Positions 27,094-36,751 are shown, numbered from the stretch's first letter. The stretch is 64,000 nucleotides of DNA from Candidatus Pelethousia sp. (GCA_034928145.1 JAYFPE010000010.1:27882-91881), one strand, 5' to 3'. A program made the numbers and translations. The notes: a model not told the origin generated them from the sequence alone.

Positions 27094-27447
27094 ATGGGAC
27101 GATCTGATTATTTAGAAATCCGTCTTTTGCGGGCAGGCGCAACGCCGGATTATGTGGGCTATCCGTATTTGGTGGAGAGCATTCTGCTGGTTTGGGAGAA
27201 GCCGGAAGCCGGGCGGAACATGTCGCACTTGGTCTACCCGCTGATAGCGGGAAAGTTCGGCGTGAACCCGGCCAGCGTAGAACGGGGCATCCGCACGCTG
27301 ATCGCGGCCCTGTGGCAGACCCCGGATAAAAAAGCGCTCGTGCAGCTGCTGGGCCGGGATTACGACCGGGCGCCGGGAAATTCCAAATTCATTGGCACAA
27401 TCGCCCGGCGCATGAGCATGAATTATAAGGACACGGACGATGCATAA
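27094..27447 (+). CDS. stand-alone Spo0A C-terminal (DNA-binding effector) domain protein without a receiver domain
   Basis: 117 aa. YVGYPYLVESILLV..LVYPLIAGKFGVNPASVERGIRTLIAALW..NSKFIGTIARRM aligns by eye with B. subtilis Spo0A [55 protein letters not shown]. Confidence 0.75.
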   Translation: MGRSDYLEIRLLRAGATPDYVGYPYLVESILLVWEKPEAGRNMSHLVYPLIAGKFGVNPASVERGIRTLIAALWQTPDKKALVQLLGRDYDRAPGNSKFIGTIARRMSMNYKDTDDA

Positions 27448-27463
27448 ATAATGCATAACCCGC

Positions 27464-27487
27464 GGCGTTCTTCGGAACGCCTTTTTT
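27464..27487 (+). terminator. rho-independent terminator after the Spo0A_C gene
   Basis: GGCGTTC-TTCG-GAACGCC followed by TTTTTT. Confidence 0.75.
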
Positions 27488-27703
27488 ATTTGCCTGTAAA
27501 ACCGGGGGCATAATAAACGGCTATCTTCCCAAACAGACGCTGCAAAGGATGAGCCCCAAGTCCACCCCCCGCATAGGATCGCCCCCCCATGTAGGGATTT
27601 TACATGGAATTAACACGGCAAGGATTTTCGATTTAACCCGCGTGCATTAAATTTGTATCATAAGTAAAAAAGAAGAAGGAAGAATACAAGGAGGAAAATG
27701 AAA

Positions 27704-28618
27704 ATGAGGAAATTGTTTGCGTATATCATGGTGGCGGCCCTGCTGGCTACCGGTCTCACAGGCTGCGTCGGCGCCAATACGAATGGCGATGGCGCCGGTG
27801 CAGAAGGTGGCGGCGCCAATGATAGCGGCGCAGAAATCACCGGCAAGATCAACGTGATCTCCCGCGAGGATGGCTCCGGCACCCGGGGCGCTTTCATTGA
27901 GCTGTTCGGGGTGGAGGAAAAAGATGCCGATGGCAAAAAGGTGGATATGACGCTGGATGCCGCGGAGATCACCAACAGCACCTCGGTGATGATGACTTCG
28001 GTGGCGGGCAGCAAAAGCTCCATCGGCTATATCTCCCTGGGTTCCCTCAACGATACGGTCAAGGCCCTGAAGATCGAGGGTGTGGCTCCTAGCGCGGCGG
28101 CCATCAAGGACGGCAGCTATGCCATCTCACGGCCATTCAACATCGCGGTGGGCGCGAATGTGAGCGAAGCAGCCAAGGACTTCATGGCCTTTATCATGAG
28201 CGAGGAAGGGCAAGCCATAGTGGAGGGTAAGGGCTACATCGCCGTGGAGAACAGCGGCGCCTATAGCGCCACCGCCGCGGCGGGCAAGGTGGTAGTGGCC
28301 GGCTCCTCCTCCGTAACCCCGGTCATGGAAGCCTTGAAAGAAGCTTACCAGGCTGTGAATACCAGCGTGGAGGTGGAGATCCAACAGAGCGATTCCACCA
28401 CCGGCATGAACTCGGTGATTGAGGGGATCTGCGATGTCGGCATGGCCTCCCGCGAGCTGAAGGAAAGCGAACTCGCAGCGGGCATCACCCCCACGGTGAT
28501 CGCGCTGGATGGTATCGCGGTGATCGTCAACAAGGATAACCCCTTAGAGAACCTTAGCAAGGAGCAGGTAAAGGGCATCTACACCGGCAGCATCACGGAC
28601 TGGTCCGAGGCGCGATGA
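27704..28618 (+). CDS. pstS: phosphate ABC transporter substrate-binding lipoprotein PstS
   Basis: ORF from 27698. ATG 27704 has better spacing to AAGGAGG. Lipobox LTGC. Contains SREDGSGTRGAF and GSSSVTP, typical of the PstS family. First gene of pstSCAB-phoU. Confidence 0.9.
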   Translation: MRKLFAYIMVAALLATGLTGCVGANTNGDGAGAEGGGANDSGAEITGKINVISREDGSGTRGAFIELFGVEEKDADGKKVDMTLDAAEITNSTSVMMTSVAGSKSSIGYISLGSLNDTVKALKIEGVAPSAAAIKDGSYAISRPFNIAVGANVSEAAKDFMAFIMSEEGQAIVEGKGYIAVENSGAYSATAAAGKVVVAGSSSVTPVMEALKEAYQAVNTSVEVEIQQSDSTTGMNSVIEGICDVGMASRELKESELAAGITPTVIALDGIAVIVNKDNPLENLSKEQVKGIYTGSITDWSEAR

Positions 28619-28628
28619 GCGAACGAAC

Positions 28629-28663
28629 GAAGCCGGAGGTCGCCGGGGACCGGCCCCGGCTTC
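28629..28663 (+). other. intercistronic stem-loop between pstS and pstC
   Basis: GAAGCCGG (28629-28636) pairs with CCGGCTTC (28656-28663), with an inner GGTC/GACC pairing. Confidence 0.4.
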
Positions 28664-28702
28664 CCTGCGCCTGCGGGGAACCAATCCGTTAAAGGAGCTG
28701 CC

Positions 28703-29551
28703 ATGAACCGTTTAAAGGAAACCTGCCTGAAATATGTGTTTTTGCTGTGCGCCTGCGCTTCTATTTTGTGCGTGGTGTTGATATGCCTCTTTCTCTTTGC
28801 CAACGGCCTGCCCGCCATTGCCGAGATCGGCCCGCTGAACTTTTTGCTGGGCACCAGGTGGAAGCCGGGCAATGACATCTATGGCATCGCGCCCATGATC
28901 GTGGGCAGCTTATATGTGACGGCCGGCGCCATATTGGCCGGGGTGCCGCTGGGCATCCTCACGGCTGTATATATGGCCAAATTCGCCTCGCGCAGGGTCA
29001 ACCGGGCGCTATGGCCAGCTATCTCCCTGATGGCGGGCATCCCCTCCATCATCTATGGCTTTTTCGGCCTGGTGGTGCTGGTTCCCCTCATGGAAGCCCT
29101 CTTTGGCGGCGGTAAAAGCGTGCTCACCGCCTCGATCCTCTTGGGCATCATGATCTTGCCCACCATCGTCAACGTATCCGAATCGGCCATTCGTGCCGTG
29201 CCGGAGAGCTATTACGAGGGGGCGCTGGCCCTGGGGGCCAGCCATGAGCGCAGCGTATTTTTCGCCGTGCTGCCTGCCGCTAAATCCGGCCTGCTGGCTG
29301 CGGTGGTGCTGGGCATCGGCAGGGCGGTGGGGGAGACCATGGCGGTGATTATGGTGGCCGGAAACCAGGCGGTGATCCCCGATAGCATTTTTAAAGGCGT
29401 GCGCACCATGACGGCCAACATCGTGCTGGAAATGGGTTATGCGGCGGATCTGCACCGCGAGGCGCTGATCGCCACGGCCGTGGTGCTGTTCGTGTTCATC
29501 CTTCTCATCAACCTGCTGCTCTCGCTGCTTAGAAGGAAGGAGCGGGCATGA
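28703..29551 (+). CDS. pstC: phosphate ABC transporter permease PstC
   Basis: 282 aa, six TM segments, EAA-type loop ESYYEGALALGASHERSVFFAVLPAA. Position in the pst operon. Confidence 0.9.
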   Translation: MNRLKETCLKYVFLLCACASILCVVLICLFLFANGLPAIAEIGPLNFLLGTRWKPGNDIYGIAPMIVGSLYVTAGAILAGVPLGILTAVYMAKFASRRVNRALWPAISLMAGIPSIIYGFFGLVVLVPLMEALFGGGKSVLTASILLGIMILPTIVNVSESAIRAVPESYYEGALALGASHERSVFFAVLPAAKSGLLAAVVLGIGRAVGETMAVIMVAGNQAVIPDSIFKGVRTMTANIVLEMGYAADLHREALIATAVVLFVFILLINLLLSLLRRKERA

Positions 29552-30378
29552 AGAAGGATTATCTATCCATATTGATCAAAGCCGCTGTGCGGCTTGCAGC
29601 GGCGCTGAGCGTGGCCGTAATCGCCTTTCTGGTGGGCTACATCTTGGTGAAGGGCCTGCCGCACCTCAAGCCCTCCCTCTTTGCATGGGAATATAACAGC
29701 ACGAATGTTTCCTTGCTACCGGCGCTGATCAATACCATATTGATGACCATTCTGTCCCTGCTGCTGGCCGGGCCGCTAGGCATTTTCTCGGCTGTGTATC
29801 TTCATGAATACGCCCGCCGGGGCAACAGGCTGGTAAAGGTGATTCGCATGGCCGCGGAGGTGCTCGCGGGCATCCCCTCCATTGTATACGGCCTTTTCGG
29901 CATGATCTTCTTCGTGGTCACGCTGGGTTGGGGCTACTCCCTCCTGGCGGGTACGTGCACGCTTACCATTATGATTTTGCCGCTGATTATGCGCACCACG
30001 GAGGAAGCATTGATGTCCGTTCCGGATGCCTACCGCGAGGGCAGCTTCGGCCTGGGAGCCGGCAAGCTGCGCACGGTGTTCGCCATTGTGCTGCCTGCGG
30101 CTGTGCCGGGCATATTGGCCGGGATTATCCTGGCCATCGGCCGCATCGTGGGGGAAACGGCGGCGTTGATTTTTACCGCGGGCACGCTGGCCAAGCCGGC
30201 TAAGAGCCTGTTCGACTCCACGCGCACGCTGGCGGTGCATATGTACAACCTCTCGAGCGAGGGGCTGTATATCGATCAAACCTATGCCACGGCCGTGGTG
30301 CTGCTGGCGCTTGTGGCGCTGATCAACGCCTGCTCGGCGTGGCTCGCCAAAAGGATGAGCGGAGGACGCAATGGATAA
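29548..30378 (+). CDS. pstA: phosphate ABC transporter permease PstA
   Basis: 276 aa, ATGA overlap with pstC. Loop [26 protein letters not shown]. Confidence 0.9.
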   Translation: MKKDYLSILIKAAVRLAAALSVAVIAFLVGYILVKGLPHLKPSLFAWEYNSTNVSLLPALINTILMTILSLLLAGPLGIFSAVYLHEYARRGNRLVKVIRMAAEVLAGIPSIVYGLFGMIFFVVTLGWGYSLLAGTCTLTIMILPLIMRTTEEALMSVPDAYREGSFGLGAGKLRTVFAIVLPAAVPGILAGIILAIGRIVGETAALIFTAGTLAKPAKSLFDSTRTLAVHMYNLSSEGLYIDQTYATAVVLLALVALINACSAWLAKRMSGGRNG

Positions 30379-31120
30379 GATTACGATACAAGACCTAAAC
30401 CTATATTACGGCAGCTTCCAGGCGCTCAAAAGCGTGGATATGGCCATCGCGCAGGGCGAGGTTACGGCCCTTATCGGCCCCTCGGGCTGCGGGAAATCCA
30501 CCCTTCTTAAAACCCTCAACCGCATGAACGATCTGGTGGAGGGCTGCCGCATCACAGGCTCCGTGGCGCTGGATGGGGCGGATATCTATAACGGTATGGA
30601 CATCAACCTTTTACGCAAGCGGGTTGGCATGGTGTTCCAAAAGCCCAATCCCTTCCCCATGAGCGTTTACGACAACATCGCTTTTGGCCCTCGCACGCAT
30701 GGTGTGCGCTCCAAAATCCGGCTGGATGAGATCGTGGAAAACTCCCTTAAGGCCGCGGCCATTTGGGAGGAGACCAAGGATCGGCTCAAAAAGAGCGCCT
30801 TGAGCCTTTCGGGCGGGCAGCAGCAGCGGCTCTGCATCGCCCGGGCCCTGGCCGTGGAGCCGGAGGTGCTGCTGATGGATGAGCCCACCTCCGCGCTCGA
30901 CCCTATTTCCACCTCCAAGATTGAAGACCTTGTGGCTGAATTGAAAATGAAATATACTATAGCCATCGTTACGCATAACATGCAGCAGGCTGCCCGCATT
31001 GCGGATAAAACAGCCTTTTTCCTATTGGGTGAGCTGATCGAATACGGCGATACGGACCGCATGTTTTCCATGCCCGGGGATAAGCGCACAGAGGACTATA
31101 TTACAGGGAGGTTCGGTTGA
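30371..31120 (+). CDS. pstB: phosphate ABC transporter ATP-binding protein PstB
   Basis: Walker [10 protein letters not shown], signature LSGGQQQRL, Walker [12 protein letters not shown], and C-terminal [10 protein letters not shown] typical of PstB. Confidence 0.95.
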   Translation: MDKITIQDLNLYYGSFQALKSVDMAIAQGEVTALIGPSGCGKSTLLKTLNRMNDLVEGCRITGSVALDGADIYNGMDINLLRKRVGMVFQKPNPFPMSVYDNIAFGPRTHGVRSKIRLDEIVENSLKAAAIWEETKDRLKKSALSLSGGQQQRLCIARALAVEPEVLLMDEPTSALDPISTSKIEDLVAELKMKYTIAIVTHNMQQAARIADKTAFFLLGELIEYGDTDRMFSMPGDKRTEDYITGRFG

Positions 31121-31782
31121 TGAGAAGGCGTTTTGACGAGCAGTTGGAACTGCTGCACACCAGCATGATCCGCATGGGCGCCCTCTGCGAGGACGCCATC
31201 GCCAGCGCCACGAAGGCCCTGCTGGAAGGGGACGCTTCCTTTGGCGAAAAGGCCGTGGCTTTGGAGCAGGATATCAACCTGCTGGAGCGGGAAATCGAGC
31301 AGATATGCGTGCGCCTGCTCCTGCACCAGCAGCCCGTGGCTGGGGATTTACGCACCATCACCGCGGCCCAGAAGATGGTAACGGATATGGAGCGCATCGG
31401 CGACCAGGCCGCGGATATCGCCGAGCTTTCCGCCTTCATGCAGGGCAGTTCTGTGGGCAGCGACATACACATTGCGGATATGGCCCGCGCCACCATCAAA
31501 ATGGTTACGGACAGCATCGATTCCTTTGTGGCCGGCAACCAGGTCAAGGCCAGGGCCGTGATCGCCTACGACGACGTGGTGGATGACCTGTTCAGCAAGA
31601 TCAAGGGGGAGCTGATCGAGCAATTGGTGCAGGATAGCAGCCTGGCCGAGGAGTGCCTGGATCTGCTGATGATCGCCAAATACTTCGAGCGTATCGGCGA
31701 CCACGCGGAGAATATCGCCGAGTGGGTGCTCTATGCGCTTACCGGCAGCAAAGCAGGGAACGGACCGGAGGAAAACCGATGA
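31117..31782 (+). CDS. phoU: phosphate signalling complex protein PhoU
   Basis: 221 aa with two PhoU repeats (..[12 protein letters not shown].., ..[12 protein letters not shown]..). Overlaps the pstB stop. Confidence 0.9.
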   Translation: MMRRRFDEQLELLHTSMIRMGALCEDAIASATKALLEGDASFGEKAVALEQDINLLEREIEQICVRLLLHQQPVAGDLRTITAAQKMVTDMERIGDQAADIAELSAFMQGSSVGSDIHIADMARATIKMVTDSIDSFVAGNQVKARAVIAYDDVVDDLFSKIKGELIEQLVQDSSLAEECLDLLMIAKYFERIGDHAENIAEWVLYALTGSKAGNGPEENR

Positions 31783-32453
31783 TCTACGTGCTGGAGGATG
31801 ATGCCAGCATCCGCAAGCTGGTCGTCTATACGCTGAACAATTCCGGCCTGGAAGCGCGGGGGGTTGGCGCGGCGGAGGAGTTCTGGCAGGCGATGGGGGA
31901 GCAAAGGCCAAGCATGGCGCTGCTCGATATCATGCTGCCCGGCGAGGATGGGCTCAGCGTTTTGCAAAAGCTGCGTTCCGCCCCCGCCACGGCCCGCCTG
32001 CCCGTGATGATGCTCACGGCCCGGGGCACGGAATACGACAAGGTGACAGGCCTTGATTTGGGCGCGGATGATTACCTGCCCAAGCCCTTTGGCATGATGG
32101 AGCTGGTGGCGCGGGTGCGCAGCCTTTTGCGCCGCGTGGAGCCGGAGGAGAAACAGGAGGAATACCGCCTGGGCGGCCTGTTCGTGAGCATCCCCAGGCA
32201 CCTGGTGTTGGCAAACGGGCAAAGCGTCAGCCTCACCTTGAAAGAATTCGACGTACTTGCCTATCTCTTGCGCAACAGCGGTATCGTTCTCACCAGGGAT
32301 CAGATTATGTCCAACGTTTGGGGCTATGATTTCGCGGGCGAAAGCCGCACGGTGGATGTGCATATCCGCACCCTGCGCGCAAAGCTGGGGGATTGCGCGG
32401 CGCTCATCGAGACCGTGCGCGGCGTGGGCTACCGCGTCGGAGGGGAAGCATGA
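31779..32453 (+). CDS. phoP: OmpR/PhoB-family response regulator (PhoP-like)
   Basis: Start at [14 protein letters not shown], with ATGA overlap to the phoU stop. Receiver Asp in LLDIMLPGEDG. Winged helix ..SRTVDVHIRTLRAKL..VRGVGYR. Confidence 0.88.
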   Translation: MIYVLEDDASIRKLVVYTLNNSGLEARGVGAAEEFWQAMGEQRPSMALLDIMLPGEDGLSVLQKLRSAPATARLPVMMLTARGTEYDKVTGLDLGADDYLPKPFGMMELVARVRSLLRRVEPEEKQEEYRLGGLFVSIPRHLVLANGQSVSLTLKEFDVLAYLLRNSGIVLTRDQIMSNVWGYDFAGESRTVDVHIRTLRAKLGDCAALIETVRGVGYRVGGEA

Positions 32454-34105
32454 AGCGCAAGATCTTCCGCTTTGCGGCCCTGCTGTCCGCGCTGGCCGTG
32501 CTGATCAGCTCCGTTCTGATCACCATCGCCGCCTATAACGATTTTTTCCGCACCATCAAGCGGGAGGTGGAGGCGCAGGCTTCGTATATTCGCTCGGGCC
32601 TGGAGCTGGGGGGCGAAGCTTATATTTCGCGGATTGAGCGCCGCAGCGGCCACAGGCTTACGATGATCGCGGCGGACGGCACGGTGCTTTTTGACAGCGT
32701 GGGCGACCCGGCCCAGATGGATAACCACCTAAACAGGGAAGAGGTGCGGGAGGCCCTGGAAACCGGCTCGGGCGAGAGCACCCGCTACTCAAATACCCGC
32801 AGAGAGCAAACCTATTATTATGCCGTGAAGCTTTCGGATGGCTCCGTCCTCAGAGTGGCCAGTTCGATGGATAGCGTGCTTGCCTCCTACAACCGCCTGC
32901 TCTGGCTGGTGGCGCTTATCGCCCTGGCCGTTACGGCCCTTTCGGCTTTTATCGCCTCGCTGGTAACACGGCGCATCGTTCGGCCCATCAATGCGCTCGA
33001 TCTCGACTACCCTGAAAACAGCCCCGTCTACGACGAGCTGGTGCCCCTGCTAAGCCGCATCAAGGCGCAGCGCGGCGAGATCGGCCACCAGATGACGGAG
33101 CTTGACCAGCGCCGGGCCGAATTCAGCGCCGTCACGGAAAATATGGACGAGGGCTTCCTCATCCTCAACCGCGAGGGCAGGGTGCTTTCGCATAACAAAA
33201 GCGCCCTGCACCTGCTGGATGCGCAGCTATCAAGCCCGGTAGGCGCGCACATCCTGGCGCTCAACCGCAGCGAGGCCTTCCGCGAAGTAACGGAGGCGGC
33301 CCTCGCGGGTGAAGCGCACGAGCGCATCGTAGAGCTTGCCGGGCGGCAGTGCCAGGTTTTCGCAAGCCCTGTAAAAAGCGGAAAAGCCATGCAGGGCGCG
33401 GTGCTGCTGCTGCTTGATGTGACAGAGAAGCAGGAGCGCGAAAAGCTGCGCCGTGAGTTTACAGCCAATGTATCCCATGAGCTGAAAACGCCGCTTACCG
33501 CCATTTCCGGCTATGCGGAGATCATGCTGGGCGGCCTTGCCAAGCCGGAGGACACGCCCGAATTTTTGCAGAGCATCTATAACGAGACCCAGCGCCTCAT
33601 CGCTCTGGTGCGCGATCTGATGCTGCTCTCCAAGCTGGAGGAGGACGGGCCGCCCGCCCGTGAGCGGGTCGACCTGCTTGCGCTGGCCGAGGAAGCGGCA
33701 AGCCGCCTATCCGCCAAGGCGGCGGAGCGGGGTGTAACCGTATCCGTAACCGGCGAAGCGTTGGAAACTATGGGCATGCGCTCCGTGCTGGAGGAAATGG
33801 TCTACAACCTGCTGGAAAACGCCATCAAATACAACAGACCAGGCGGCTCGGCCGCGATCTCAATAAAAAAGGCGGGGGAGCGGGCCGTTCTCACCGTAAC
33901 GGATACGGGCATCGGCATACCCAAGGCCGAGCAGGCGCGCATTTTCGAGCGCTTTTACCGGGTGGAGAAAAGCCGCAGCCGCGCCATCGAGGGCACAGGC
34001 CTGGGCTTGGCTATCGCAAAGCACGCTGCCTTGCTGCACGGCGCACAGATTTCGGTAAAAAGCGGGCCCGCGGGCAGCGCATTTACAGTACGTTTTCCGA
34101 TGTAA
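32450..34105 (+). CDS. phoR: phosphate-sensing histidine kinase (PhoR-like)
   Basis: Start at MKRKIFRFAALL, with ATGA overlap to the regulator stop. Two TM segments, a PAS-like region, H-box SHELKTPLT, and N/G boxes ENAIKYN and GTGLGLAI. Confidence 0.88.
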   Translation: MKRKIFRFAALLSALAVLISSVLITIAAYNDFFRTIKREVEAQASYIRSGLELGGEAYISRIERRSGHRLTMIAADGTVLFDSVGDPAQMDNHLNREEVREALETGSGESTRYSNTRREQTYYYAVKLSDGSVLRVASSMDSVLASYNRLLWLVALIALAVTALSAFIASLVTRRIVRPINALDLDYPENSPVYDELVPLLSRIKAQRGEIGHQMTELDQRRAEFSAVTENMDEGFLILNREGRVLSHNKSALHLLDAQLSSPVGAHILALNRSEAFREVTEAALAGEAHERIVELAGRQCQVFASPVKSGKAMQGAVLLLLDVTEKQEREKLRREFTANVSHELKTPLTAISGYAEIMLGGLAKPEDTPEFLQSIYNETQRLIALVRDLMLLSKLEEDGPPARERVDLLALAEEAASRLSAKAAERGVTVSVTGEALETMGMRSVLEEMVYNLLENAIKYNRPGGSAAISIKKAGERAVLTVTDTGIGIPKAEQARIFERFYRVEKSRSRAIEGTGLGLAIAKHAALLHGAQISVKSGPAGSAFTVRFPM

Positions 34106-34119
34106 CCTTTAAGCGAACC

Positions 34120-34156
34120 AAAAAGCACCGGCCCGCTTGAATGCCGATGCTTTTTT
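34120..34156. terminator. bidirectional terminator between convergent phoR and proB
   Basis: AAAAAGCACCGG..CCGATGCTTTTTT: an 8-bp stem with one mismatch, an A-run on the left and a T-run on the right. Confidence 0.6.
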
Positions 34157-34171
34157 ATATTGTTTACGCGC

Positions 34172-34972
34172 CTAATTTCGTTTGCCCACAAACAGCGTAC
34201 CCACGTTGCCGCCCCGGATAATATCGTAGAGCGCGGCGGGGTTTTTGCCGTTGGTGATGATGGTATCGATGCCTTGGGCCGTGGCCAGCCGGGCGGCCTG
34301 TATTTTGGTACGCATGCCCCCCGTTCCCCTGCGCGAGCCGGCCCCACCGGCCAGGGAGAGCACGCCCTCGTCGATGGCCTCGATGCGCTCGATCAGCTTT
34401 GCGCCCGGATGGAGGCGGGGGTCGCTGTCGTAAAAGCCGTCGATGTCGGATAGGATCACCAGCTTTTGCGCCCTGCATAGCACGGCCACCACGGCGGAGA
34501 GCATATCGTTATCGCCAAAGAGACGGTCTTCCGATTCGATTTCGGTATAGCTGACGGAGTCGTTTTCATTCACCACCGGGATGATGCCCATCTCGAGCAG
34601 GGTATCGAAGGTGTTGGTGAGGTTTTCCTTCTTTTCCTCGATCTCCATATCCTCGGCGTTGAGCAGGATCTGGGCCGTGGTCTTATCATAATCGTTGAAG
34701 AATTTGTCGTATAGGTACATGATGCTGCATTGGCCCACGGCCGCGGCCGCCTGTTTGAGACGCATGCTGGAGGGCCGGGTCTTCATTCGCAGCTTGTTGG
34801 CGCCCACGGCGATGGCCCCGGAGGAGACCAGAATGATCTCATAGCCCATGTTCTGCACATCCGCCAGCACGCAGGCGATGCGGTCAAAGGAGCGCAGGTC
34901 ATTTTGCCCAATGTCGTTGGTCAGCGTGGATGTGCCCACCTTGACCACGATGCGGTTTTGATACAATCCCAT
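34172..34972 (-). CDS. proB: glutamate 5-kinase (short form without PUA domain)
   Basis: Start at ATG 34972 (MGLYQNRIVVKVGTSTLT), 7 nt after GAGGTG. The amino-acid kinase fold motifs VLVSSGAIAVG and GDNDMLSA are present. Confidence 0.9.
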   Translation of the reverse strand: MGLYQNRIVVKVGTSTLTNDIGQNDLRSFDRIACVLADVQNMGYEIILVSSGAIAVGANKLRMKTRPSSMRLKQAAAAVGQCSIMYLYDKFFNDYDKTTAQILLNAEDMEIEEKKENLTNTFDTLLEMGIIPVVNENDSVSYTEIESEDRLFGDNDMLSAVVAVLCRAQKLVILSDIDGFYDSDPRLHPGAKLIERIEAIDEGVLSLAGGAGSRRGTGGMRTKIQAARLATAQGIDTIITNGKNPAALYDIIRGGNVGTLFVGKRN

Positions 34973-34976
34973 AATA

Positions 34977-35516
34977 TTACACCTCAATAATAACCGGCGC
35001 GCGTTTTGTAAAGGGCAAAAAGCTCTCCAAAATATGCGCCGTTTTGATCTTCATATAGCCGGTAGTGGTGCCGTCGCTGCACCCATACCATTCTTCGGCC
35101 GCTACGTCCCGGTCGATAATAATCTCCACGCCCTTGGCGGATTCCAGCAGTGCGCTGAAAACGGTGGCCGCGCCGATCTTGACGCCCAGGATCCCTTCCA
35201 TCAGCGCAGTCGGCGCAAAGGAGACCCGCGCCACCCCTAGGCTGGTGCTGAAATCCTTGGAGCTGAAGGGTTTAGACCCCGGCGTGATGAACAGGTAAAA
35301 GGCCGTTTGTCGCCGGTTGCAGAGGAAGAGGGTCTTTACCATCTTCATATCGAGCCTTTGGTCGATCAACAGGCAATCCTCCATGGTGATGGCCTCGTCC
35401 GTATCCACCCGCTCAAACGGGATGGCCAGCGTTTGCAGCGCTGCGTAAACCTTTTCTTGCAAGGGGTTGGCAAATCGCTGGGGCGGCGCGGTGTAGATGT
35501 TGCTTACGAAAAACAT
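34977..35516 (-). CDS. YbaK/ProX-type prolyl-tRNA editing (aminoacyl-tRNA deacylase) domain protein
   Basis: ORF 34977..35555 (TTG). ATG 35516 is preferred. The block ..VKTLFLCNRRQTAFYLFITPG..SKDFSTSLGVARVSFAPTALMEGILGVKIGAATVF.. is typical of prolyl-tRNA-synthetase-associated stand-alone editing domains. Confidence 0.75.
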   Translation of the reverse strand: MFFVSNIYTAPPQRFANPLQEKVYAALQTLAIPFERVDTDEAITMEDCLLIDQRLDMKMVKTLFLCNRRQTAFYLFITPGSKPFSSKDFSTSLGVARVSFAPTALMEGILGVKIGAATVFSALLESAKGVEIIIDRDVAAEEWYGCSDGTTTGYMKIKTAHILESFLPFTKRAPVIIEV

Positions 35517-35620
35517 GCCACATTTTATCTCTTTTCTTGCAAACCTTTCGGACAATAGTGTATCATAGATTCATGAATCACAAAAACAAATGTTTTGCAT
35601 AAAGAGGATGATAATATAGC

Positions 35621-36487
35621 ATGGATATGAACCTGCAGAAATACATGGCTTTCGTGCGTGTGGTGGAGTATGGCAGTTTCACCAAGGCGGCGCAAATGCT
35701 TAACTATTCCCAATCCGGAATTAGCCGCATGATAAGCGACCTCGAGCAGGAGTGGGGCGTGACCCTGCTGGAGCGCGGTCGCGCGGGCGCGCGGCTCACT
35801 TCCGACGGGTTAAAGCTCCTGCCTTTTGCCAAAAATATGTGCGAGGCATACCGCGAGCTGCAAGCGCGGGTAGAGGAATTGAGCGGCCTGCAATCCGGCC
35901 TGATCCGCATCGGCACCTTTTCCAGCATCGCCACCCATTGGCTGCCCAATATCATAAAGGAATTCCAAAAAGATTACCCCAATATGGATTATGAGCTGCT
36001 CTTGGGCGATTACGTGGAGATCGAAAACTGGATCCTGGAGGGGCGGGTGGATTGCGGCTTTTTGCGCCTGCCCGCGCGGCCGGAGCTTGAAACCGTGTTT
36101 CTCGAGCAGGATAAACTGCTGGTGGTGCTGCCCGAAGGCCATCCCATGGCGGGCTGTGCAGCCTTTCCCGTCAAGGCCTTGTGCGATTACCCCTTCATGC
36201 TGCTCGAGAAGGGCGCGAAATCGGATGTTTCGGAGATGTTCGAGCGTTATGGCATTGCGCCCAACGTGCATTTCACCACCTGGGATGATTACGCCATCCT
36301 CTCCATGGTGGAGAGCGGCCTAGGCATCAGCATCCTGCCGCAGCTGATCCTTCGGCGCATCCCCTACCGCGTCGTAGCCAAGGAGCTGGATGTGCCGGCT
36401 TACCGTAAAATCGGCCTGGCCCTGCGGGATAAAAAGGGGGCGTCCCTGGCCGTTAAGCGGTTTTTGGATTATATAGACTATAGATAG
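35621..36487 (+). CDS. LysR-family transcriptional regulator
   Basis: 288 aa. N-terminal HTH LQKYMAFVRVVEYGSFTKAAQMLNYSQSGISRMISDLE. C-terminal LysR substrate-binding fold. Confidence 0.9.
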   Translation: MDMNLQKYMAFVRVVEYGSFTKAAQMLNYSQSGISRMISDLEQEWGVTLLERGRAGARLTSDGLKLLPFAKNMCEAYRELQARVEELSGLQSGLIRIGTFSSIATHWLPNIIKEFQKDYPNMDYELLLGDYVEIENWILEGRVDCGFLRLPARPELETVFLEQDKLLVVLPEGHPMAGCAAFPVKALCDYPFMLLEKGAKSDVSEMFERYGIAPNVHFTTWDDYAILSMVESGLGISILPQLILRRIPYRVVAKELDVPAYRKIGLALRDKKGASLAVKRFLDYIDYR

Positions 36488-36550
36488 CTAAGCGCATATG
36501 CCGTATAATGGCATAAAAGGCAAACGTATGATAAGGGAGGATGGCTGGCT

Positions 36551-36751
36551 ATGGAAAAAAGCAAAAAGGTATTGAAGGCGCGTTCCTGCTATGGGCATTT
36601 GGGCGGCACGCTAGGCGATCGGCTCTTTACGCAAATGCTGGCCGCGGGGTGGTTGGAGCGCGATGAAAGCAAAACAACCGTTTACAACCTAACCGAAAAA
36701 GGCATGGCGGAATTGACCGCCCTGGGCATAGATATTTACGAAAAAAGATAA
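36551..36751 (+). CDS. small protein resembling the C-terminal part of ArsR-type winged-helix regulators
   Basis: 66-aa ORF with AAGGGAGG 9 nt upstream. ARSCYGHLGGTLGDRLF..GWLE..YNLTEKGMAELTALGID resembles the CYDHLAG-type region of ArsR-family proteins. Followed by a terminator. Confidence 0.5.
   Translation: MEKSKKVLKARSCYGHLGGTLGDRLFTQMLAAGWLERDESKTTVYNLTEKGMAELTALGIDIYEKR

Noticed and set aside
27600-27697. PhoP/Pho-box repeats upstream of pstS (TTAACA at 27610, TTAACC at 27633, TTAAAT at 27647; possible -10 TATCAT at 27656).
   Set aside because: The hexamers are not spaced at the roughly 11-bp periodicity expected for Bacillus-type Pho boxes, so the evidence is too weak to annotate.
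31653-31778. Long N-terminal extensions suggested by the ORF track for the response regulator (31653), the histidine kinase (32393), araA (39147), the DeoR gene (59674), the SBP (10800), oppF-like (15463) and the M20 gene (62632).
   Set aside because: In each case an internal ATG with a proper RBS or an ATGA coupling begins exactly where family homology, a signal peptide or a TM segment starts. The extensions overlap upstream genes and are Arg/Pro-rich.
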